11,267 bases of DNA, from positions 1 through 11,267 of the forward strand of contig NW_021826437.1 in assembly GCF_006345805.1 (NCBI RefSeq), in the 5' to 3' direction. Positions 1-9,197 of the stretch are shown here, piece after piece. The notes below the pieces were generated by a model. It was given only the letters and a program-made list of their open reading frames with translations, did not search any database and was not told where the DNA came from. Source of the stretch: Octopus sinensis. Its lineage: Eukaryota. How positions within the stretch are numbered: position 1 is the first letter of the stretch; each line of letters starts with the position of its first letter. A program made the position numbers and the translations under genes.

Positions 1-33
1 CGTGGTTTAGTCGTTACGGTATTCGGCTCACGT
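1..33 (+). mobile_element. Possible remnant of a tRNA-derived SINE 5' head, cut by the window edge
   Basis: CGTGGTTTAGTCGTTACGGTATTCGGCTCACG resembles an A-box/D-arm followed by an anticodon-arm start. No B-box follows. Similarity to a cephalopod SINE head is from recollection only. Confidence 0.3.
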
Positions 34-54
34 TCCCTATACTTCCGTGTGAAT

Positions 55-260
55 TATTTTATTTTTCTTCTCTCTGTCATTGGTCAGCGTCCAGGCCATT
101 GGTACCGCTTAGTAGCATTTGGTCGAACAAAACGATTGCAGTACGTATTTTAATGCTACAATTCTCTCTTTGTCGCACCGCTAACTCATAGGGTCGCCGG
201 GCTGTAAATAAATTAGTACAAGCAATAAAACGTGGAGGACAAGAACAAACATATATACAC
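55..260 (-). mobile_element. Old, highly diverged 3' arm of SINE-A
   Basis: Colinear patchy matches to the reverse complement of 1930-2120: GGCCAT..GGT.CCGC, GGTCGAACAAAACGA vs ..TCGAGCAACTCGA, TCTCTTTGTCGCACCGCTAA vs TCTCTTTTGCCGAACCGCTAA, and GGAGGACAA vs GGGGGACAA. It ends in the TA/CA tract, where the internal microsatellite of SINE-A lies. Confidence 0.55.
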
Positions 261-493
261 CCTTACATACATGTATTAATATATAGATATATATGTATGT
301 TAATTTATGTATATACGCAACGTACACACCAGACGCGCATACATAGATACATACATTATATACACATACATATATATATTATATATATATATATATATAA
401 TATAGATATATAAATTTATATATCTCCTAATATATTGAGTGTAGTGTTTTTATATACTTGTGGTGTGTGTTATATATATATACTATATATATA
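250..493. repeat. Degenerate (TA)/(CA)/(TG) low-complexity tract
   Basis: Directly visible interrupted dinucleotide repeats. Confidence 0.8.
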
Positions 494-530
494 TAGATAG
501 ATCGATAGATAGATAGATAGATAGATAGAT

Positions 531-566
<36 letters not shown>

Positions 567-590
567 AGATAGATAGATAGATATATAGAT
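494..590 (+). repeat. (GATA)n tetranucleotide microsatellite
   Basis: Long run of GATA units with a few indels. Confidence 0.95.
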
Positions 591-749
591 GTTATGAGAG
601 AGGCAATGGTGTCAATAAGGCTCAAAGGTGTCAGGTAGTGCTGGGTAGGTGCTATGGACAGACTATAGTTAAGCTCCAGGTTCGGTGATTATGCAAATGA
701 GGAGTCCAACGTAGGTCATATCAGCATGTGTATATATAAAAAAAAATTT

Positions 750-783
750 TTTTCAGAATGAGATAAAAATCTCATTCTGAAAA
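750..783. repeat. Perfect inverted repeat (15-bp arms, 4-nt loop)
   Basis: TTTTCAGAATGAGAT (750-764), AAAA, ATCTCATTCTGAAAA (769-783). The arms are exact reverse complements. Confidence 0.95.
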
Positions 784-798
784 TTTATATATATATAT

Positions 799-977
799 AT
801 CGAGCAAAGGTGGATAGAACTAAAGAGAAGAATCCACGCAATCTTGAAGAGTTATAGGAGCTCAGCCACAGAGAATGGCATCTCATACCTGTGAATATGG
901 TGAAAGATTTGTGCGCATCTCTTCCCAGGTGCATTGAAGCAATTATTCAAGCTAAGGGAAGACACACGAAATATTAA
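799..977 (+). pseudogene. C-terminal fragment of a Tc1/mariner-family transposase (frameshift plus internal stop)
   Basis: From 799 it reads IEQRWIELKRRIH (cf. Tc1 motif PIENLWxxLKRRV). After a frameshift it reads KNPRNLEEL*ELSHREWHLIPVNMVKDLCASLPRCIEAIIQAKGRHTKY* (cf. Tc1-type C-terminus ..LxxSMPRRLxAVIxAKGxxTKY*). Stop TAA at 975-977. Confidence 0.9.
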
Positions 978-1056
978 CAATGTACAATAACTTCTTGAAA
1001 CGAATCATTATGGTATAAATTTTCATTATAGACATTTTCTGTTTTCAAGCGCTGTA
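799..1056 (+). mobile_element. Right-end remnant of a Tc1-like DNA transposon
   Basis: Transposase tail followed 77 bp later by ...TTTTCAAGCGCTG|TA (element end 1054, TA 1055-1056). The reverse complement TA|CAGCGCTTGAAAA fits the TA-CAG start typical of Tc1 TIRs. No left TIR found in the window. Confidence 0.65.
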
Positions 1057-1082
1057 TCTTGATTGGTTTGTGTGTTGTGACT

Positions 1083-1465
1083 TGGAAAGCACTCCGTCGG
1101 TTACGACCGACGAGGGTTCCGGTTGATCCGAACAACGGAACAGCCTGCTCATGAAATTACGTGTAAGTGGCTGAGCACCACACAGACAAGTGTACCTTAA
1201 CGTAGTTCTCGGGGATATTCAGCGTGACACAGAGAGAGACAAGGCCGGCCCTTTGAAATACAGGTACAAAGAAAAAGGAAGTAAGAGTGAGAGAAAGTTG
1301 TGGTGAAAGAGTACAGCAGGGATCACCACCATCCCCTGCCGGAGCATCGTGGAGCTTTAGGTGTTTTCGCTCAATAAACACTCACAACGCCCGGACTGGG
1401 AATCGAAACCGCGATCCTACGACCGCGAGTCCGCTGCCCTAACCACTGGGCCATTGTGCCTCCAC
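1083..1465 (-). mobile_element. Full-length tRNA-derived SINE (SINE-B, tail type 1) with 12-bp target-site duplication
   Basis: On the minus strand: A-box TGGCCCAGTGG and B-box GGTTTCGATTCC. Exact direct repeat TGTGTTGTGACT at 1071-1082 and 1466-1477. Positions 1266-1465 align with 4306-4503. Confidence 0.92.
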
Positions 1466-1736
1466 TGTGTTGTGACTACTTACCACACAGCCGCAAGGGT
1501 AGAGAATTTGTGCAATATGTCCAGACTGACACGTTGCACGCCATACGTTTTATTACTACTGGTGGCAGCGTGCAGTGATATCTTCATTCCAGATCGGTGA
1601 ATGTATGGTATTTTCTAGTAAAAGGAAACAATCTGTCGTTCGGCCTATCATGTCTTTTGGTCAAAGCTGACGTGCGGCTACGCTATAACAAACAACGACA
1701 GCTTCCATGCTACCGGCTCCCCTTTGATATTATCAT

Positions 1737-2129
1737 CAGGAGTGGCTGTGTGGTAAGTAGCTTGCTAACCAACCACATGGTTCCGGGTTCAGTCCCACTG
1801 CGTGGCACCTTGGGCAAATGTCTTCTACTATAGCCTCGGGCCGACCAAAGCCTTGTGAGTGGATTTGGTAGATGGAAACTGAAAGAACCCCGTCGTATAA
1901 TGTATATATTATATATAATGCGTGTGTCTGTTTGTCCCCCTAGCATGCTTGACAACCGATGCTAGTGTGTTTATGTCCCCGGTTACTTAGCGGTTCGGCA
2001 AAAGAGACCGATTTAGAATAAGTACTGGCTTACAAAAGAATAAGTCCCGGGTTCGAGTTGCTCGATTAAAGGCGGTGCTCCAGCATGGCCGCAGTCAAAT
2101 GACTGAAACAAGTAAAAGAGTAAAGAGTA
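1737..2129 (+). mobile_element. Full-length bipartite tRNA-derived SINE (SINE-A) with internal TA/TG microsatellite
   Basis: A-box-like TGGCTGTGTGG (1743-1753), B-box-like GGTTCAGTCCC (1786-1796), internal microsatellite at about 1896-1928, and tail AAACAAGTAAAAGAGTAAAGAGTA. Colinear along its full length with 9442-9837. Confidence 0.92.
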
Positions 2130-2139
2130 TTGTGGTCAA

Positions 2140-2793
2140 ACATCATCATCATCATCGTCATCATCGTTGTGGTGGTCGTCGTCCTTTTCCCAGCATCGTC
2201 ACCGTTATCATCCTCGTCACCACCACCACCTTCATCCGCTTCCCCTTTCTCCTCCTCCTCCTCATCATCATCATCAACAATCACGACCACCATCACTATC
2301 ATCATCATCATCATCATCGTCATCATCGTTGTGGTCGTCGTCGTCCTTTTCCCAACATCGTCACCGTTATCATCATCGTCACCACCACCACCTTCATCCG
2401 CTTCCCCTTTCTCCTCCTCCTCCTCCTCCTCATCATCATCATCAACAATCACGACCACCATCACCATCATCATCATCATCATCATCGTCATCATCGTTGT
2501 GGTCGTCGTCGTCCTTTTCCCAACATCGTCACCGTTATCATCCTCGTCACCACAACCACCTTCATCCGCTTCCCCTTTTCTCCTCCTCCTCCTCCTCATC
2601 ATCATCATCAACAATCACGACCACCATCACCATCATCATCATCATCATCATCGTCATCATCGTTGTGGTCGTCGTCGTCCTTTTCCCAACATCGTCACCG
2701 TTATCATCCTCGTCACCACAAACCACTTCATCCCTTCCCTTTTCTCCTCCTCCTCCTCCTCATCATCATCATCACAATCACGACCACCATCAC

Positions 2794-2824
<31 letters not shown>

Positions 2825-2965
2825 GTTGTGGTCGTCGTCGTCCTTTTCCCAACATCGTCACCGTTATCATCATCGTCACCACCACCACACCATCCGCTTC
2901 CCTTTCTCCTCCTCCTTCTCATCATCATCATCATCAACAATCACGACCACCATCACCATCATAAT
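2140..2965. repeat. Minisatellite, 5 units of about 162-168 bp, each an ordered series of trinucleotide blocks
   Basis: Anchor CCTTTTCCC at 2183, 2345, 2513, 2679 and 2842 (periods 162, 168, 166, 163). Unit order is (CAT)n-GTTGTG-(GTC)n-CCTTTTCCC-...-(CAC)n-TTCATCCGCTTCCCC-(CCT)n-(CAT)n-CAACAATCACGACCAC. Confidence 0.95.
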
Positions 2966-3352
2966 CATCATCGTCGTTGTCGTTGTCGTCGTCATCATCA
3001 TCGTTCTCTCACCACTATCATCGTTGTCACCATCATCATCACCACCATCACCACCATCATCATCATCATCATCCTTTTCCTCCTTCCCTCCTCCTCGTCG
3101 GATGTCAGTGTCATCGCTTTCATTCCTCTCGTCGTCATCCTCATTAACTTTGAGCGTCGTCCTCCTCTTCATCGTTGTCATAAGCACAATCAGCATCATC
3201 ACGATAGTCATCATCATCATCATCCTCATGTTCTTCGTCGTTGATGATGCTGCCATCTTCGTCGTCAGGGTCGTCACCATTATAATCATCCTCCTCCCCT
3301 CCTTCTTAACATTAACATTCTCATCCTAGTCATAGTCGTCGCCGTCGTCATG

Positions 3353-3396
<44 letters not shown>

Positions 3397-3591
3397 TCTC
3401 CTCCCTCTTGGCCTCCTTCTCCTCTTTCTCCGTCCATCCTTTCTCCTCCTCCTCTTTCTCCTCCCCATTATCATCATCTTCGTCATAGACGTCGTCGTCG
3501 TCGTCGTCATCGGCATAGTCCTCATTATTATCGGCATCGCCGCGGTCATCATCATCATCATCACCATCATCATCAACAGCATCACCATCGC

Positions 3592-3633
<42 letters not shown>

Positions 3634-3703
3634 TATCATCATCGTCACCATCACCATAATAATACTCACTATAATCATCATCATCATCATCACCATCATC
3701 ATC

Positions 3704-3734
<31 letters not shown>

Positions 3735-3856
3735 TCATCATCATCGTCACCATCACCATAATAATCCTCACTATAATCATCATCATCATCCTCAGCATCA
3801 TCATCATCATCATTATCACCATCATAATTGTCGTAATCGTCACCATCATAATAATC
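2966..3856. repeat. Degenerate compound trinucleotide tract dominated by (CAT)n with (CGT)n and (CCT)n blocks
   Basis: Visible CAT/CGT/CCT runs. Internal 102-bp duplication anchored on ATCGTCACCATCACCATAATAAT(A/C)CTCACTATAATC at 3641 and 3743. Confidence 0.9.
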
Positions 3857-3930
3857 AGATCCGACCGCTTCTAAGTAGGGTATTATGTTCAACCAACCAA
3901 TCAAATACTAATTGTCATGTGTGCCTAATT

Positions 3931-3995
3931 GACATCCTTCCTTCCTTCCTTCTATCCTTTCTTTCCATCTTTCTTTCCTTCTTTCTTTATATTTA
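3931..3995. repeat. Degenerate (CTTC)/(CTTT) pyrimidine tract
   Basis: Visible tetranucleotide-like pyrimidine repeats. Confidence 0.75.
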
Positions 3996-4032
3996 TCCAT
4001 TTGTCAAAAAGATACGCCCGTCTCTCCCCCCC

Positions 4033-4081
4033 CACACACACACACACTGACTCACACACACACACACTCACACACATACAC
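4033..4081. repeat. Interrupted (CA)n microsatellite
   Basis: Visible CA repeats with CT interruptions. Confidence 0.9.
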
Positions 4082-4205
4082 CTCCGCATCCACTCAGTCC
4101 CCGCCCTCATCCCAAATCCGCGAAATATATTAATCCCTCAATTCAGTCGTCATCCACCGAAATCCCATCTTGGGATTATCGTGGCAAGTGGACCACAAAT
4201 ACCTG

Positions 4206-4305
4206 ACAACAACAACAACAACAACAACAACAAGTAAAGCAGCTTCTACATCATTATCATCAACAGCAACATCAACAACAACAACAACAGCAGCAGCAAC
4301 AGCAA
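4206..4305. repeat. (CAA)n/(CAG)n compound microsatellite
   Basis: Visible CAA run, then mixed CAT/CAA/CAG units up to the SINE head. Confidence 0.85.
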
Positions 4306-4676
4306 GGAGGCGCAATGGCCCAGTGGTTAAGGCAGCAACTCGCAGTCGGAGGATCGCGGTTTCGATTCCTGACCGGGCGTTGTGTGTGTTTATTGAGCGA
4401 AAACACCTACCTAAAGCTCCACGAGGCTCCGGCAGGGGGAGGGGCGACCCCTGTTGTACTCTTTCGCCCCAAATTTCTCTCACTCTTTCTTCCTGTTTCT
4501 TGTCCCCGACTTCCTGCGCAACCGCTGAGCCTGGATGCGCATTCATCCATCCATCCGTCGATGCTCTCGGTGTCGGGGGGTTGACCTGCTTTCTCTTCTG
4601 TGGGTCTTACGAATAGCAAAGGACCACCTTTTGGACTTCTCCCATCTTGCGAGCTCTGGGACGAAGACCGTTCGCT
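4306..4676 (+). mobile_element. tRNA-derived SINE (SINE-B head and body, tail type 2) inserted in a CAA/CAG tract
   Basis: A-box TGGCCCAGTGG (4316-4326) and B-box GGTTTCGATTCC (4358-4369). Positions 4306-4503 align with the reverse complement of 1266-1465. Candidate TSD CAACAGCAA at 4297-4305 and 4677-4685, ambiguous because of low complexity. Confidence 0.88.
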
Positions 4677-4681
4677 CAACA

Positions 4682-4745
<64 letters not shown>
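4677..4745. repeat. CAA-CAG-CAA-(CAG)19-CAA microsatellite
   Basis: Perfect CAG run at 4686-4742 (57 bp). Confidence 0.97.
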
Positions 4746-4836
4746 GAATTACTGCTACACTACGGTGAGTTTGAACAGCGATTCAATTTGCATAACTAAC
4801 AATTAAAAAAAAAAACAGGAGAATTGCAGTACAAAA

Positions 4837-5073
4837 TATTGGTTTCAAATTTTGGCACCAGGCCAGCAATTTGAGTGGCGCGGGGAGTGGGGAGGAGATA
4901 TATTCGTTTACATCGACCACAGTATTTGACTGGTACTTATTTCTATCGACTTCGAAATGATGAAAGGTAAAGTCGACCTCGGCGTTATTTGAACTCTGAA
5001 CGTAAAGACGAACGGAATACTGCTGTGCATTTTGCCTGGCGTTTTAACAATGCGGCCAGCTTGCCAGCTTGCC
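4837..5073 (-). mobile_element. tRNA-derived SINE (SINE-C), minus-strand copy
   Basis: The reverse complement aligns with 9900-10113: B-box GAGTTCAAAT, core GTCGACTTTACCTTTCATC...GTCGATAGAAATAAGTACCAGT, and tail GGCCTGGTGCCAAAATTTGAA. Confidence 0.88.
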
Positions 5074-5111
5074 ACTACTTCTACTACTACTACTACTACT
5101 ACTACTACTCT

Positions 5112-5150
<39 letters not shown>

Positions 5151-5262
5151 TATGATAATAATAATGAAAATAATAATGATAATAATAATAATAATAATGA
5201 TAATAATGATAATGATAATAATAATAATAATGATAATAATAGTAATAATAATAATAATGATA

Positions 5263-5293
<31 letters not shown>

Positions 5294-5318
5294 TAATGAT
5301 AATAATAATAATAATAAT

Positions 5319-5350
<32 letters not shown>

Positions 5351-5372
5351 GAAGAAGAAGAAGAAGAAGAAG
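5074..5372. repeat. Compound microsatellite (CTA)n-(AAT/GAT)n-(AAG)n
   Basis: Three abutting triplet runs. The AAT block contains a 60-bp higher-order duplication (5181-5240 vs 5241-5300). Confidence 0.95.
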
Positions 5373-5459
5373 AATTTCTAACACATGGCCCGGAACGTGG
5401 GGGGAATAAATTCATTAATATAAAACAAGCACGTTAACAACAATATTTGAAAATATTAT

Positions 5460-5760
5460 GTAACAGCAACAACGACCATAACAACAAACAACAACCATAA
5501 CAGCAAAGAAGAAGAAGAAAAGGATGAATAGAAAGACGAAGAGAAGGAAGAAAAGAGGATGAAAAAGATGAAAAGGAAAGGGAGAAGAAGGAGAAGAAGA
5601 AGAAGAAGAAGAAGAAGAAGAAGATGAAAAGAAAGGCGAAGAGAAAGAAGAGAAAAGAGGATGAAAAAGAAGATGAAGAAAAAGGAGGAGGAGGAGAATG
5701 AGCAGGAGAAGAAGAAGAAGAAGAAGAAGAAGAAACAACAACCACAGCAACAACAACAAA
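5460..5760. repeat. Purine-rich (AAG)/(GAG) tract flanked by (AAC) blocks
   Basis: Visible GAA runs in a near-homopurine stretch at about 5505-5735. Confidence 0.9.
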
Positions 5761-6205
5761 AATTGCAACGAACGTTTGCTGCAGCAACAGCCTAATAATA
5801 TGAAAATGGCTGGAAAATATAATTATTTCAACCAAAAAAAATCGTAAAACAAAGATGGCGGAGTGATTATTAAAATATAGAATTTATCTAGCGAGATTTG
5901 ATATGTTGAAAAATAGGATTAAGGGACAGGAAGAATAACGGAATAAACAGATTATTGGATTATCGGTTTGGTATAGAGTTGTTGTTGTAGTTTTATGGCT
6001 GTTATTTATGTTGTTTTTCCGTGTGATTTTTATTGTTTCTGTCTTATTTTTTTATAGGTGTTGATGGCGCTGTTGTCTTTGTTGGTGGCGATGGTAGCGG
6101 TAGCGGCGCAGCGGCGGCGGCGTTGGTGGTGGAGGTAATGAGGATTTTCATGATGGCGGTGATGTAGGTGATCTAGGCGGGGCTGTTTTCCCCTACTCTG
6201 TTCAT

Positions 6206-6627
6206 TTTCATCATCATCATCGTCGTAGTCATTCATAATCATCGTCTTAATCATCATCATCGTCGTCGTCGCGGTCGTCGTCGTCGTCATCACCCACCAC
6301 GACTACCATTATCACCACCATCATCGTCATCATCATTGTCGTCATCGTCATTACCCATCATCGTCAGCATCACCACCACCACTACCAACACTACCACCAA
6401 CACCACCACCATCATTGTCATCATCACCACCACTAGTACTATCAGCACCTTCATCGTCATCATCATTATCATTATCATCATCGCCATCACCCCTCACCAC
6501 AACCACCACCATCACCATTGTCGTCATCGTCGGCATCATCTTCGTCATCATCATCATATCACCATCACCACCATCACCATCGTTGACATCGTCGTCGTCA
6601 TCATCATCATCATCGTCGTCGTCGTCG

Positions 6628-6687
<60 letters not shown>

Positions 6688-7262
6688 CAGCCATCATCAT
6701 CTTCGTCTGGCTACGACGACCACTGTCAGCCTCATGCAACGCAGCCATCGACGCCCTCATCCTCACCCTCACGTCATTCTCCTATTTTCTGCACAACCAT
6801 CACCACCACCACCACCACCACCACCACAATAGCAATACCCACCACTACTACCACATCTTCAACCACTACCACCACAACCACAACTATCACCACTACAACC
6901 ACCACCACCACCACTACCACTACATCCACAACCATTACCACCACAACTAGCACAACTGCCACCACCGCAACAACAACAACAACAACAACCAACATCACCA
7001 CCAACATAACAACTACCGCTACGACAATCACCACCACCACCACAACAACAACCCCCACTACCACCATCACCACCACCACCGCTACCACCATCACCAACAC
7101 AACAACAACCCCCACTACCACCATCACCACCACCACCGCTACCACAATCACCAACACAACAACAACAACCACCACCATCTGTGAACTAAACCACCACACT
7201 CACTACCACCACCACAACCACCACCATCACCACCACCACAACAACCACAACCATCATTATCA
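6206..7262. repeat. Long compound trinucleotide tract (CAT/CGT/CAC/CAA) with a 57-bp internal tandem repeat
   Basis: Visible triplet blocks. Anchor CCCCCACTACC at 7052 and 7109 (period 57). GCTAC at 7018, 7081 and 7138. Confidence 0.92.
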
Positions 7263-7380
7263 CGATGTAATATTGGGATTAAATTTAATCAAGGCTTTCA
7301 TAATGAAGATATAAGGCCTATTACGTCATTACTCGGCGCTGCCCTAATTCTTGTTGTTGTTGTTATTCCTGTCGTTAATA

Positions 7381-7401
7381 TCTTTTACTTGTTTCAGTCA
7401 T
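7381..7401 (-). mobile_element. 21-bp stub of the extreme 3' end of SINE-A
   Basis: TCTTTTACTTGTTTCAGTCAT is an exact reverse complement of 2099-2119. Confidence 0.8.
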
Positions 7402-7424
7402 AATACACACACATATATGTATAT
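7387..7424 (+). repeat. Left arm of a 38-bp perfect inverted repeat
   Basis: ACTTGTTTCAGTCATAATACACACACATATATGTATAT is the exact reverse complement of 9187-9224. Confidence 0.95.
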
Positions 7425-7465
7425 GTGTATATATATATATATATAATATATATAATATGTATATA

Positions 7466-7507
<42 letters not shown>

Positions 7508-7750
7508 ATATATATAGTATATATACATATTATAGTATATTATATTTATATATACATATATATATATATATATTTATATATACATATATATATATAGATA
7601 TATATATATACATACATATATATATATATATTTATATATACATATATATATATATATTATATATACATAGATATATATATATATTTATATATAATATCTA
7701 TATATATATATATATATCTATATACAGACCTTAATATATATATATATATA

Positions 7751-7781
<31 letters not shown>

Positions 7782-7804
7782 CATACATATATATATAGCT
7801 ATAT

Positions 7805-7838
<34 letters not shown>

Positions 7839-7851
7839 TATTTATATATAC

Positions 7852-7904
<53 letters not shown>

Positions 7905-8357
7905 TTATATATACATATATATATATAATATATATCTATACATACATATATATATATATTTATATATACATATATATAGATATATATAATACATATATAT
8001 TATATCTATTTAATATACATATTTATAATATATATACAGACATATATATATATATATATATTATATAGCTATATATATATATATATATAAATATATATAT
8101 ATATACATACATATATAGATATATTATAGTATATATATATTTACATATATATATATATATATATCTATATAATATATATATATTTACATATATATATATA
8201 TAATATAATATTATATATACCTATATATAGAGATATTTATATATAATATATATTATATATACATATATATATATTTATATGATATATATATATTTATATA
8301 TATATATATTATTTATATATACATATATATATATATTTATATAATATATTATATATT

Positions 8358-8388
<31 letters not shown>

Positions 8389-8665
8389 ATTTATATATAA
8401 TATATATATATATTTAGATATACATATATATATATATTTATAATATATATATATATTATATATACATATATATATAATATTGATATATATATATATATTT
8501 ATATATACATATATATATATATATTTCTATATATATATATATTTATATATACATATATATATATATTTATATAATATATATTTTTATATATACATATATA
8601 TAATAATATTTATTATATATTATATATATATTTATATATATATATATATATATAATTTTTATATA

Positions 8666-8697
<32 letters not shown>

Positions 8698-9155
8698 TTA
8701 ATATACACATAATATATATTTATATATACATATATATATACATACTATATATCTATATATTATCTACATATATAGATATATATAATACTATATATATATA
8801 TCTAATACATACATATATATATATATTATATATATACATACATAATATATATATTATATAATAAAATATATATATATATATACATACATATATATATTAT
8901 AGATACATACAATATATATATATATAATACATTATAATATATATAATTATACATACATATATAGATATATCTACGATACATAGTATATAGATATATACTA
9001 TTATCATACATATATATATAATATATATATATATACATACATATATGTATATATATATATACAGACATATATATATCGATATATATATATATACTATACA
9101 TATATATAATATATATAATATATACATACTATATATATATATATATTATATATAC

Positions 9156-9197
<42 letters not shown>

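Noticed and set aside
691-698. Octamer motif ATGCAAAT
   Set aside because: A single 8-mer with no snRNA or promoter context. Compatible with chance.
1157-1600. ORFs 1157-1381 and 1361-1600, and similar peptides at 4130-4616
   Set aside because: They lie within or start in SINE-B. The shared peptide FIERKHL..CCTLSPQ simply reflects the repeat.
1700-1740. CTGATGA on the minus strand at 1733-1739 (and CTGACGA at 11091-11097) as additional hammerheads
   Set aside because: No correctly placed stem II-GAAA-stem III-UH downstream of either.
2140-2965. CRISPR-like array of conserved linkers with variable spacers
   Set aside because: Eukaryotic context, contiguous near-identical units without unique spacers, and no cas genes.
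2066-3874. Long ORFs on both strands (389, 399 and 265 aa and others) rich in His, Ile, Ser, Met or Asp
   Set aside because: Several overlapping frames are open simultaneously because CAT/CAC/CGT/CCT repeats lack stops in most frames. The repeat periods include frameshifts and there is no domain similarity.
4306-4380. tRNA gene-like sequence (also 1390-1465, 1737-1805 and 9900-9990)
   Set aside because: A and B boxes are present, but the acceptor and anticodon stems do not pair properly and each continues into a repeated SINE body. These are SINE heads, not tRNA genes, and no isotype was assigned.
4908-5835. Poly-Ile/Asn/Tyr/Lys/Leu/Ser ORFs
   Set aside because: Direct translations of (AAT)n, (CTA)n and (AAG)n.
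5852-5861. YY1/Pho-like motif AAGATGGCGG
   Set aside because: Isolated motif with no supporting promoter architecture or downstream gene evidence.
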